Shown in pieces: positions 12,988 through 24,151 of a DNA stretch of 64,000 nt. Within the stretch, counting starts at the first letter, position 1. Every line of letters starts with the position of its first letter. The DNA lies in NCBI GenBank assembly GCA_000708835.1, contig DF237254.1, forward strand, positions 1 through 64,000, read 5' to 3'. Source of the DNA: Klebsormidium nitens. Lineage: Eukaryota; Plantae; Klebsormidiophyceae. Under the pieces are notes generated by a model. The model was not told where the DNA came from. It was given only the letters and a program-made list of their open reading frames with translations, and made no database searches. A program made the position numbers and the translations under genes.

Positions 12988-13082
12988 GGACGGCTGACGT
13001 GGACTGACGGACGCCTTCCGGACGGCTGACGTGGCTTGATGGACGCCTTCCGGACGGCTGACGTGGCTCGACGGACGCTTCC
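12988..13082 (+). repeat. Three tandem 31-32-bp repeats plus a partial fourth, between the two ncRNA loci
   Basis: GGACGGCTGACGTGG(A/C)(C/T)(T/-)(G/C)...GGACGC(C)TTCC units start at 12988, 13020 and 13052. No spacers between units. Confidence 0.9.
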
Positions 13083-13452
13083 AGACGGCTCGCTTGAGGT
13101 GGCTGGACGGCCCCACCGAATTTCTGCACAAAAGACGAGCGCCTTCAGTCCCACTTTGAGACCCATAATCAAAGCTATGACCACACGCCGAGAATGGGCA
13201 AAGAAGTGTGACAAGGCCGATAAAAGCACACTTTGTGAGGCGTTCTTAGTCATTTGCCCGACCATTCTGCTCTGACGAATTTGGATGAAACGCATCAAGG
13301 GGCAAAGGCAAAGTAGGGCCGAAGCTTGCAACACAATCCCAAAAAAAGGTCCAAGCACGTCAATCTCAGAAGAAAGATACTCAAAATTTGAGAAAGCCAA
13401 AATGCCAAGCCCAAACGATAAGAAAATAAGAAGGAAGGAAGTTTCGAAGTTA

Positions 13453-14226
13453 TGGGGCTGGTGGGATTCGAACCCACATCTCTCAGCACTGCGATTCGTG
13501 GCATCAACGTGACTCAGTTGAGAACCCGGTCGAGTTGGATGCATGCATGATTTTGGTCGCTGTTTTTGCCCGTACCCACCAAGGGGCATAGAGCTAGCAG
13601 ACCGACACACGTTCCTTCTGACCTTTTTAGTGGGGCCTGAATTCGACAGTGCAGTTGGCAGCGTGGTGGCTGCGAAGTTGGGTTTAGCAGCATTTAACTG
13701 CGGTTTGTTTCTGCAGCAGGTTGGGCTGCGAAGTTTGATTTGCAGCGATTTGGGCCGCGGTTTGTGTTAACCAGCGTTTGATTGGCACGTTTGTAAGTCC
13801 CAAGAGCACAAGCGGAATTCTGCCGACGTCACAAGCACAGGTGCGGAAATCCAAGGCGATTGTTCAAGTCGAGGTGCCTGGGGGGGCGTTTAAACCGTTT
13901 CAGAAGAATCCCGTTTCTGCCGGTTCAGAGCACGGGTCAACTCGGCGTGCGGGATTTGCAGCAACCGGAAAAGTCCCTTACGTGCTTGATTTGTGGCACG
14001 GTCATCTTGCGTTGGTTAGCCCCCGGTTTAGGCGTTCAACGACGTTAGCCAAAGGACTCCGCGTTATCTGTTTTGCAAACGTGGCTCCGACAAGGAACCG
14101 AGAAGGTTCCAAGTTGCCTGAGAAGTTTGAGGTTTGAGGTTTCGCGTTTGGCGATTTTTGCACTGGGCCGTTAGGCCTGCCGTTTCCCTCGCAGTGCTTG
14201 GCGCTTTACCGTTAAGCTACAGCCCC
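13453..14226 (-). ncRNA. tRNA-closed long ncRNA, copy B: tRNA 5' half + 694-nt insert + tRNA 3' half (774 nt)
   Basis: Minus strand 5' end GGGGCTG-TA-GCTT-AACGGTA-AAGC-GCCA-AGCACTGCGA (14226-14189). 3' end TCGCAGTGCT-GAGAGAT-GTGGG-TTCGAAT-CCCAC-CAGCCCC-A (13494-13453). T4 runs at 13426-13423 and 13402-13399, T7 at 13347-13341. Confidence 0.75.
13651..13770 (-). repeat. Degenerate roughly 12-nt A/C-rich repeat inside copy B (about GCAGCCCAAAUC)
   Basis: Minus-strand units TTAACACAAACC / GCGGCCCAAATC / GCTGCAAATC / AAACTTCGCAGCC / CAACTTCGCAGCC. Confidence 0.65.
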
Positions 14227-14943
14227 TTATGTTTTGGTGATCAGACGGAGAATCAGAACAGCGCAGCAGACAAAAAGAAGCGGACATAATCGAGACAAGG
14301 ACTCAACTGATTCTGGAGATGGGGAAGGGAAAAAGTGCTTCACATGGTCAACATTCAGTCGTCAGAGAAGAAGTTGGAAGCCTTGATTTTTCGAACGGAC
14401 CAGATTGGGCATACAGAGAGAGTGCAAGTAAAGACTCCGGTCAAAGAAGCGGGAAACTTAATGAAACGGTTCGTAAGCCGCCTTATCTGATCTGAGCCCC
14501 AAGCATCGCCCCGCCTAGGCTCCGTTGACTGCTTCTCTCGAGCCTCCCCCTCAACGGAAACGCCACGTGTCGACTCCGCAAGGACCCTGTGTGCAAGGAC
14601 GAAAGTGAGCACTTGGTGAGCACGGCTGCTGAGGCGGGCGCCAAAAATAGTGACACCAAACAAACATCCTTTGGTCTTCCAAAGCATCGGGCTGACCTGT
14701 TTGGGGTTTCCGTAAGGACAGCAGGCGCTTTTCAGAAAGGGAAAAGAGTGCTCTCAAGAAATCTGGAAGGGGCGAAAAGCCCCAAAGCCATACACGTTCA
14801 ACCCCCAACATTCGTCGAAGCAGCAACTTAGAATCAACTACAGAAATACCTTCGAGACAGTCCAGGACAAAGAGTCAGCCACAGAATGGCAACCGTGACC
14901 AGAGTCCAATAGCTTATCCGAGCGTTGTACATTAAAATGTTCC

Positions 14944-17900
14944 ATGGCTTTCCCAATGAATATAAGACCAGCAAAGCTGCCTAAACCATTAGTATTACCA
15001 AGGCTTACTCTGCCGCCACGGCCATTACTAACCCCAGATACGGACAATCGGAGGTATTGGTATGTGGCGAGCAAACGAAAAGACACGTTCAGAAAAGCAT
15101 ACAAACCCCCAGGAACTCAGACAACAGCAACGCTGACCCTGCCCAGAAGGAATGCCGGAAATGGACACAAATGGACACTGCTTAAGGATACCACTACGGC
15201 TCTGCTCACTGAAAAACTCTGCGGTTTTGGCAAAAGAATCTCAAAAACAAGAGATCGGGAAGTAGCCAGACTATTATGAAAAGCAGATTTTGACTGGCTG
15301 GTTGCGGCCGACAACACCTCCTTGCCCTCTGGAAAACTCTCAGAAGACCTGTCTAAAATCATCCCCCAGAAACGCAGAGGCCTGGCGGCCCCCCTGGCGA
15401 GGGGCCGGGGGCAGGCTAGCAGAGACTGAGTGTGTAGTGTCATACGGCACTTCCTATCAGGACAGGTGTCATCACCGAGTTTTCCAGTGTGCAAGCAGAA
15501 GAGGTCAGCAAACGTCAGAGACACAGAATTTTGGAGCCAACAAAACCTCGACCAAGCAGACTGATCGTGAATAGTAGTAACCCAGAACGCAGTACTCAAT
15601 ACTGTGGCAGCAGAAGGACGACAGAAACTGCAAAGGGATACTTTGGGAATTGAAATAAGAGGGAGGCTCTATCAAGCACAAGAATCGTTGCCCTCTTACC
15701 TGCTCTATGCTGGCCGGAACAGGTAGTCGGGGCGCGGCGTCAGTCATTCGAGGTAGTAGGAAGGTACGTGTTGGCGCCCACCGAAAGTCCTGCAAAGTGC
15801 ATGCGCCCACACTTAGCCCACAATCTCTTCTCAAATCCTTGCTTCGATTCACAACATCAGTGTCGAGTTGCCCCTCCTTCTGGAACAAAAGTGGCAACGT
15901 TTCCTGCATACATAAGCAAGTTCGAGGATTCACGCCTACATAAGCGAAGGCAATTGTGAGGTTATGGGGTCAGAATATCATCGCTCAAAATGGCACCATC
16001 CGGCCATGAACGGGCCGTTGGCTTCCTATCAAGGGAGCGAAGGTTGCTCTCAGCCAACCTTGACAGAAGAGGTCATTACCAGGCTACCCCAGCTGTGGCA
16101 GGAAGGCTGAACAAACAGATTGAATTCTAAAAAATTCCCGGACGAGCGAAACAGACTTACTTCAAAGGTCGAACAAAAACGGAGAATCTTGTAAGTGGAC
16201 AGATACTGACGTTCTAAACACAGCCCGAAAGATGTATCAGGATGCCTTTGACAATTTCAGTCTGAAAGAAAGCCGACATCACAGGCCTCAGGCAGCCAGT
16301 TCTCAGCAGAGGCCGAAACCCTTAGCCGGTAATTCCATATTGAATGTATCATCACAGGCCGTGACTTGAAGGGGTTGCAGAGCGAAGGAAGGCCAAAGAT
16401 TGAATACATAAAGTGGGCTGTGAAGCTTGAGCCCTGAGCGGTTGTGAGCGACCAAGAAACAAACACCGGGACTCAAAACTTGCTAACAAGAGGTTCACAC
16501 GAAGCAGCTGACAACTATTGCTTGCCAAAATCAAACGGCAAGGCCTTCATGACAGGAGCAGCAGATGCTCCAGAGAACAAAAGAAGAAAGGATCCTCGAA
16601 AAGAGGGTGCTTTCTGGGTTGCCTCAGAGTGTGTAACATGGATGACCACAGCGGCCGAAGCCTTCAGCGAAATCCGCTAATTTGGTCATCATTGGCAACC
16701 AGCGCAACACAAACAACAACCATGACCAGTCACCGAATTGGGGGTCAGAACTGAGACTTCTTCTCCTTACCCCGATAGCAAGTCAACCGAGTCGGGGACT
16801 GGAAGCTCCGCAAAGACGAAACTGCAATCCTTACTGAACTTGAGCTGCAAAAATTGAATGAACATGCCTTTTTAAAAGAACAAACCATTGCCAGCAGCCT
16901 GTCAGCCAGAGGAAGAACGGCACAAGAGTTAATTGGAAAGGAGGCTGCCAAGGGTTCCGAATGTGCTCAGAGTGGTGCATGATGCGTTCACCGAGCAGCA
17001 CTTGCTGCTCTCGCACAAGAGGTGTCAGAAAGGTGTGTTTCATCACAGCACATGATGGCCTGGTTTTGTTCGATAACAAGAGGTTGACTGAAGCGAACTG
17101 TGGATTGCAAGAGAGGTAATCATGACAGCTTGGAGTTGGAATGGCGCTGAACCGACCTGACAACGGAAGCTACAAACTGTTGGAAAATTTTGAAACAAAG
17201 AAGTGAAATTGTGCAGTTATGCGGAGCAAGCAGGAACAAGACAAAAAGCAAAAGCACGCTGTTGCGGCTCAGTGTTGGCAATTTGTAATTGTTCGATTCC
17301 GCCAGCGCTTTCCCCACGACTTGGTCAGTAGAGGGAGCTTGGTTATCGTCACAGCCGGATGTTGATAGAGAACGTGCTTTTTTGAAAGAAGCAGAAAGAT
17401 CCGCTACACCATACAGGGGACAAGAACTGCGCCTTGTGGATTCATTGGCTGATCAAAAATCAAAAATCCTTGTCCTTCAAAAATCAGACGCTGTTCTGAT
17501 ATACATGTCCAAAAGGTGGCCCTCAAGCATGACTCACACTTGACAAGGAAGTGGCTGAATTGAAAAAACAAGTGGTTGAGGTCGAGCAAGTGCTATCGAG
17601 GATGTCAAATACTGAATATCTGAAGCGCGGTAACTGGGGTGTGCATTGAAGACCACAACCAGCCATTTGCTTCAAGTACTCTTGCTACTAGTTGTTGCGT
17701 TGAGGGCCACCTGGCAATGGCATGACCCCTCTTTGGGTTGTAGCTTGACAAGTAATGAAAGAAACGTTTACAGACATACCTTTCAGAGAGGTACTTCAAA
17801 TACTCAAGCACAAACCCTGGCTATTACACAAGATACCCGAACGGATGGTCAAAAAGAGAGAGAGTCGACTCTAGAAACAGAATCACTCTTTTGAGTACGT

Positions 17901-20900
17901 AGTCAGGCTGCCTATCTGCCATCAAGCGCAGATGACATGAGCGTGTCAGGCTTTGCAGTCGGTCCATCATTACTGTCAGAGGGAATCCGAAATATGCTAA
18001 TCATCGTCCACGCTCTGGCAGAAAGGCCGGTCAAAAAGTGAATTTCAAACAAGGCCACCATCCAACGAAGTAGAAACCGAACAGAAACACATGAAAGGCA
18101 GAAAGGGGTTGTCAGGGACGCTGTTGCTCAGAATTGAATGTTCACAACAGCCAAGGTTGGAAGGCCTTGTTCAGCTCTGTTGAGCTTGATTATTTAACGT
18201 GAATCATCATAGCAACGCCTGCCGCTGACGTATCGCTTGTGCAACCTTCAAGCAAAGAACACAGAGAAGCCTTTGCAGACTCGCCGTTTGACCAACCTTC
18301 AAGCAGACAAATCCAAATAAACAGCATCTTCATTGGGCTATTTCCCTACAACAGTTTCATCTCAAAGGAAACTTTCCCCAACTTCTCAGACAATGATTCA
18401 CAAACTGAGGATATCAGCACCCATAAAGTCTGGCAGATCAGTGAATTGTAGTCATGAAATCGTCATTGAGACACTTGGAAAGGTCTTGTCATCATATCTG
18501 CCACGTCTAGACCCTGAAACGGTATAGGGCAATCACAGAACAAGAGCAAAGTAGATAGCCACTCTCCCAGTGGAGAGGAAGAGAGGACTGATGATGGAAG
18601 TGGTGCAAGCAGCAGCAGAAGGAAACAACAGCTTAAAGGAGGAAAAGCAAATACATCAGCAGTGGTAAGGGGAGTTCTAACAAGGCCTCAGATCAGGTCT
18701 CTCTTTGTGCTCATCAAGAGTCAGGCAATGTAGGTAAGTGTCTTTTTCTTCATCACGGGCCTTTCAACACAGAGCCAAGTGAGGCAACTATCCTAGAGAA
18801 TTGAATAAAAGTAGAACAATATCAAGAGCCCTCAGACCTATCGATCGGTTTCCATGTGCTCTTGAAGAGCGGTCAGGAGTTTATTTGAAATTAACCATCA
18901 TCGGGCGGGACAAAGTTTCCACTGGTGAAACACAACTCAGCTTTTCATCTTTCCTGTGAAGAAGTGCTCAAGCAGGCTACAAGCAAACTCTTGTTTGAAA
19001 GACGCGAAAAGCTAATGTATACATGGTAGAGTTGAGCTCAGACAGCCAAGAGTTGTATCTTCAACGCCACGAAGTAGCTCGGATACTCTAGTCCGAAACA
19101 CTGTTTTTCATCATAGCAACTCTACCTGCCAACAAAAGGTTCTTATGATAATGGACTCAGATAGGAGCGAAAGAATTAGTGCTCATTGCCGTAGCTCACA
19201 TGAGCAGGACGAAGTATCGTCTGTGTCATCATAGTCCACCATTTGTTTAAGACAATTGTAGTAAGCAAACCCAACTACCAAACATGGAGGGGCGGTCATA
19301 CACAAGGGTATCAGATGGAGAGAAGCTCATAAGACAGAAACCAGATCTGTTGGATCTTTCCTCTCCTGGTTGGCAGGAGCATGAACTAGAAGCAGACAGG
19401 ATGCACCGACTTTCGCATGGCATAATTCAAGTAGAGAGTAATGACAATTGAAAACATGACTGGCACACTCATCATGCTTGCAGCACTGCCATTGACCTCA
19501 TAGTAAAAGGCAGAGCTTCACCACAACACCAACCATTCCACATTCTTGCAAACGCCAGACCCGCTGAAACGCCAAAACTCTTTGGAGGAACTTCCGCTTT
19601 CAAGCTGCAACTGTTACCAGACTCAGAACTGCAGAACGGCGACGCCTAAACAAAACAGAAAAGCTTTCAAGACTCACCTTAAAAGGGTTTGGTTTGGAGA
19701 TGGTTTGGCGATCGCGGTCCATGGTAGCTTCAGAAGAAGGATTAGTAGGGCCACCAAGTAGCTTGGACAATCAGTGTAGGACCACCAAGTAGCTTCGCTG
19801 GGTGCTGTGCTGTACTGTCCAGATCCTGCATCCAAAAGATCAAATCAGCAACCCCTACTCGTCGACTTGTTAGAAAATTTTGTAGTCCTCTTGTGATCCT
19901 CAATGCAGAATCTGGTTAAGAGAAGCTGATAAACTCAGTACCCAAAACCTCTATGGTCAAAGGCTGAAGCAGAGCAGCTTCGAACTTCGAAACGGATGCA
20001 GATATCATCGCTCAAAATGGCACCATCCGACCATGAGCAGGCCGTTGGCTTCCTATCAAGGGAGCGAAGGTTGATCTCAGCCAACCTTGACAGAAGAGGT
20101 CATTACCAGGCTACCCCAGCTGTGGCAGGAAGGCTGAAGGGTTTCTCAGTAAACAAGCAAGCAAATCTCAATCAAACATCATAGGGTGGAAGAAGCTGTG
20201 AAAATTTCACAGAGAGAACCCCAAGACAAGCAGTCGAGCGGGCGAAAGAAACCATTGCCGTCAGGAGCTTCATATGAAAGCAGACTCCGTACCTTGTAAA
20301 CTGTGAACCATTCTATTTCCCCGTTACCTCCAAAAGCCAACAGTGGCAGGACCAGAAGCTTCTAGGACTCAGCTGCAAAAGGTGCTGGTTCGCCTGCCCT
20401 CAGAAGAAACCCATTCCACAAATGTTAGTTGCGGACTGTGCTCTGCAATCTCACCACTTCCTACCTAACAACCGGAACAGCCTCCGCAGCCGCAATGACA
20501 GGAACTTTCCGAAGCCCAGATTGAGGTTGGTCCTGCACCAGTAAAAGAGTTTGCTTAGACCAGAATTGGAAATGTGTGGTCAAACATTTTTACGTCGCAA
20601 GTGGGTCGATGCATCTTCATAAGAAACAAAAGCCCAGAGCCTTGCCCTCAATGCATAATTGTCAGCAATTGGACCCCGAACTCAACTACCAGGGGAGATT
20701 TCGCATACAATGACTAGCTCAAGGTCGTGGGTAAACTGCGGCCAGTCAAGCAAGCAGTTGTCAGGTCCAGAAGAATAGAGAAGGCATCAGCTTTAGGGAA
20801 AGAATGGAAACTTTGAAGCGGTAACGGCTCTTCCTGAACCACTCATACCTTCCTTCGAGAAGCCAAGTTTCTTTCAAAAATAAGGTACGTACATTGAACA

Positions 20901-22230
20901 AAGCACTTAGCTCCAGAAGGAGTGGAAGAATGGAAGTTGACGCGTAGTTCGGGAGCCTTGCTCAGCAACTAATGCGGCGATAATTGCAGATCCTTTCAAC
21001 GAGAATCTTTAACAATCATCTTCTAACTTGTCGGTGCAACGAAGAGAGAAACAGGGGACATCTCTGAAGTGGCATAAGGGCGGCCGCTTACCAATGGATG
21101 GCTCGAGACTATGCCAGCAGGTTGAGTTGGCCATGGTGTCCGGTGGCTTCCAGACGTCTCCCACCACTTCCAGCCAGCACTGATCTGGATCATGTCGTCC
21201 ATTTGGCCTTCTCTTCAAAGCAGTGATGACATTGATATAGATCTGCAAACAAGGAACACAAACCTGAGTAAGAGAGAGCGCCGGTACAACCACCCACTAG
21301 GAAATTGGGTGGTATCAGTGCAACACCAGAAACCAATGCATCGACAAAGCCTAGGCCGTGGCAGTTGCTCAGAACGTTCTGAGAGAAGAGATTCGATTCT
21401 GGTTCTATATCCCTCATAGCCAGCTTGCAGACAACTCTGAAGTTCAGCTACGGGAGTCAGGAAAGCAAGCAACTATGAGAAAACTCAGCAGACAAGATGC
21501 AGTTGCAGGACTTTGAGGTTTGTTCACAGCAGCTTCAGCACCATAGCACGCTTGAGACAAAGGGTACAAAAGCTGAAATGCTTACCAAGCAAATTTTCCC
21601 AAGCTAGGGTGGTTATGAAGTAAACCACCACTGCATTCGGTCTTGAGGTCTTGTTGATTGTCCTCCACTCAGTACGTCAGGCCACAGACCATGACATGGT
21701 GAAGGACACTCCATTGTTCTGGTCGCACTCAACACCTTTGTCTCTGCAGTGACGAACAATAAGCTGGAATCAACACAATAAGATGTGCGCCATTACCACT
21801 TTGATTCCTGTGCTTCAAAGCAATGCAGATCATAACAATCCAAGACAGGGCACAGATTGCTGACATGCGCCCCAAGAGGTGACTGCCTAAAGTGATAAGA
21901 CCAGGATGCACCACAAGCATACCAGAATCACCTTCTCAGAGCACAGATGCAAACCACCAACTATCGTTCCAAATGAAGCAAAGCACTCGCAGCAGCTGGC
22001 AAGCATCCTACTACGATGCCTTGGAGGATGTAGACCCAGAGATAGGTTGCATTGATGATAAGGAAAGCACAGCGCGTGTCCAGAAAACACAAGAAAGAGG
22101 GTTCAGAGATACAATTAGACAAAAAGCAGACCGAAATTGTCCAGATGATGCACTCACTTGTGCCTCCAGCATTGCCAAAACTTGATGGCATCTCCATCGA
22201 ACCATTGCCCTGAGTCTTAGCGGGTGGTAC
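14944..22230 (+). pseudogene. Decayed long coding block (relic of a transposon, an endogenous virus or a large gene); family not identified
   Basis: A-rich plus strand without the clear exon chains seen elsewhere. Long protein-like frames are broken by scattered stops (e.g. from 14944 MAFPMNIRP...EVARLL*KADFDWL...; FHIECIITGRDLKGLQSEGRPKIEYIKWAVKLEP*). Boundaries approximate. Confidence 0.4.
15975..20138 (+). repeat. 137-bp direct repeat pair (15975-16111 and 20002-20138)
   Basis: ATATCATCGCTCAAAATGG...GGCAGGAAGGCTGAA occurs twice, with 4 mismatches by manual alignment. Confidence 0.9.
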
Positions 22231-24151
22231 CAAGATCAATGCGCCAGTGCAACGGAGGGCGCACTTGCAGTTGCCCTGCGCTCTTGCGAAGCAATCTTGA
22301 AAGAGGAGAAGTGGATGTGCCGGACCCTGGATGGAGGAGGTGAACCGTGAAGTGCTAGCGCTGGACTGTGTACACCTTGCAGCCTTGCTCTCAAGTGCTT
22401 GCCAATGCTACGAGATGGACTGCTAGAGCCTGCGTCTGCTTGCATCGGAACAGGTGGCTCTCCGATCCAGGTAGAAATCATACGGTCGAAGACCGAAGTG
22501 AGATTTCCAGCATTTTAGCATTTCTGTGGTTCCTTCGATAGATTCGAAGAGTCGAGTATGCATTGAGGATTTCCAAGATAATCTGAATAAATGCACTTAT
22601 ACTGCAAAAAGGGCGTGGAATTTAGGGGCGACGTGGTGATAATGGTAATCTGCTACTTGCTCCAGCCGAAGCGAGGGCAAATGACAGCACTGGGAAACAC
22701 GTCTTCTGAAGAGGAAGATCTTGGATGCAGACTCTAATTGGCGTGCTGAGCCCCATTGAAGGCGGTATTGCAAGGAGGCAGTATTGAACCACCATTGGAT
22801 CGCATTCTGGAGGTTTGACGCTGTTTCAATTTAATCAAAAGTAAAGGTACATGGTGGTAATAGTCCTCACGTTCACCTTGCCTGAAGATTAAAGTACGGC
22901 CCTTGACGGCAATCACAGCGGTCGGTTGCGATTGCAGGACAGCTATTGGGGTTTTGCAATCCTTGGGCACAGACCGGTGCACTCTGGGACAAAGGTGAGG
23001 ACATACAACAGAAAACCCCTTGTTTTGTTGCAGGAGCAAATCTATGCTCCGATGACACAGCGCCTCCAGGTAGTATGCACACTACAAGCATATGCGTATG
23101 CACATGCATTCAGAGTCGCTGCATGCATCGGTCACACACCCTTTTGACTGCGCTGGCGTTGAAGGTCCGATGGTGGGAGGAAGCAGAGAATCCGGCATAA
23201 GAGTTTGGGAGGGCATGACTCGTTGTCTGCAACACTCCAGTGCTGGATTTTTGTCTTGTTTCATATCAACTGTTTATAGATGGAAGAGTCGAAGTAAGCG
23301 TCAAATTGGTTAAGCTTGGACACACTAATGTGCATTGTCTGACGACTGATCTCGCGGTTTGCTTTTTTTGGCACATCCGCCTGAGACTTCCATCTAGCTT
23401 TATTAGGGGTACGCTATCAGCCTGACAAAGGGGGACGTGCTCGGCGTCTATGATCAAGGGCCGCTTTAGTGGTTCGAATGTTGGGACACTAACGGGAAGT
23501 ACCTTCAGACTGCTTATTGACTCGTTTCTGCCACCTTAATATGCCCATGCTTTACTGGTCGCACTCGTTCGGTGGATCCATATCTGGTTGCAGACACCTC
23601 TTGATGCTGTCCATCGCCTCACGGTGTTTGTATTCGAAGGTCACGAGAAGTTTTTGGTTAAAAGTGGTGCTTCAAGGCGCCAACAATGAAAACACTCTGT
23701 CAATGATTGTTCTACGGGAATCCTGATTCTGATTTTTAGAGTCCCCTATCTTTGCAGTATTAAAGGCGCCCTTGGGAGTGTGGCCAGCTTAGCGATCAGC
23801 TCACCGACAGCCTTGCTGTACCCCTGCTCAGCGGTCCGTCTTAGGTATCTGAGTGCAAGGTACGCCTGAGGCCGCATATCCTCCTTTCTTAAAGCAGGAA
23901 ATGCAGGGCACGCACTGATTAGGGGCGCCACCCAATGTGGCATTACTTGGTCCTTCTAGACCACAGATTGCGACGGCGTCCCAGTTGCCATGAACTCAAG
24001 TCTGGCAAAGGTTGCCTGCTTATAGGCTGCCATCGAGAAGCCTGGTGTCTCTGCGGCGCCAGCGTGAGTATTGATCCAGAAATGAATTGAGCTAAGGCGG
24101 AATTGGGCCCTTCACCGACTGGACTCTGCCCTGCAGGGGCCCTTTGTCACC

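Noticed and set aside
12988-13082. CRISPR array
   Set aside because: The units are directly adjacent with no unique spacers, no cas genes are present and the context is eukaryotic.
12822-13610. 262-aa minus-strand ORF
   Set aside because: It runs through the tRNA 3' half and the 32-bp repeats and is not protein-like.
14023-14032. CCTAAACC on the minus strand of copy B as a telomerase template
   Set aside because: Only an 8-nt match, with no equivalent seen in copy A; compatible with chance.
11522-14188. Organellar tRNA with a group I or group II intron (NUPT/NUMT)
   Set aside because: No GUGYG start, domain V or AY end, and no recognisable group I core. The exons do not rebuild a canonical anticodon arm, and nuclear-type oligo-T terminators follow.
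11480-14226. Calling the loci bona fide tmRNA (ssrA)
   Set aside because: The topology is similar, but the D-stem is intact (tmRNA lacks it), there is no G3-U70 pair and no convincing short tag ORF ending in an ALAA-like sequence. Kept only as an analogy.
15975-20138. LTR pair of an LTR retrotransposon
   Set aside because: No TG...CA ends, PBS, PPT or recognisable gag/pol between them, and decayed coding sequence continues on both sides.
22734-23943. Possible small minus-strand gene with Cys-containing exons
   Set aside because: Some splice-like sites exist, but no phase-consistent, stop-free chain could be built.
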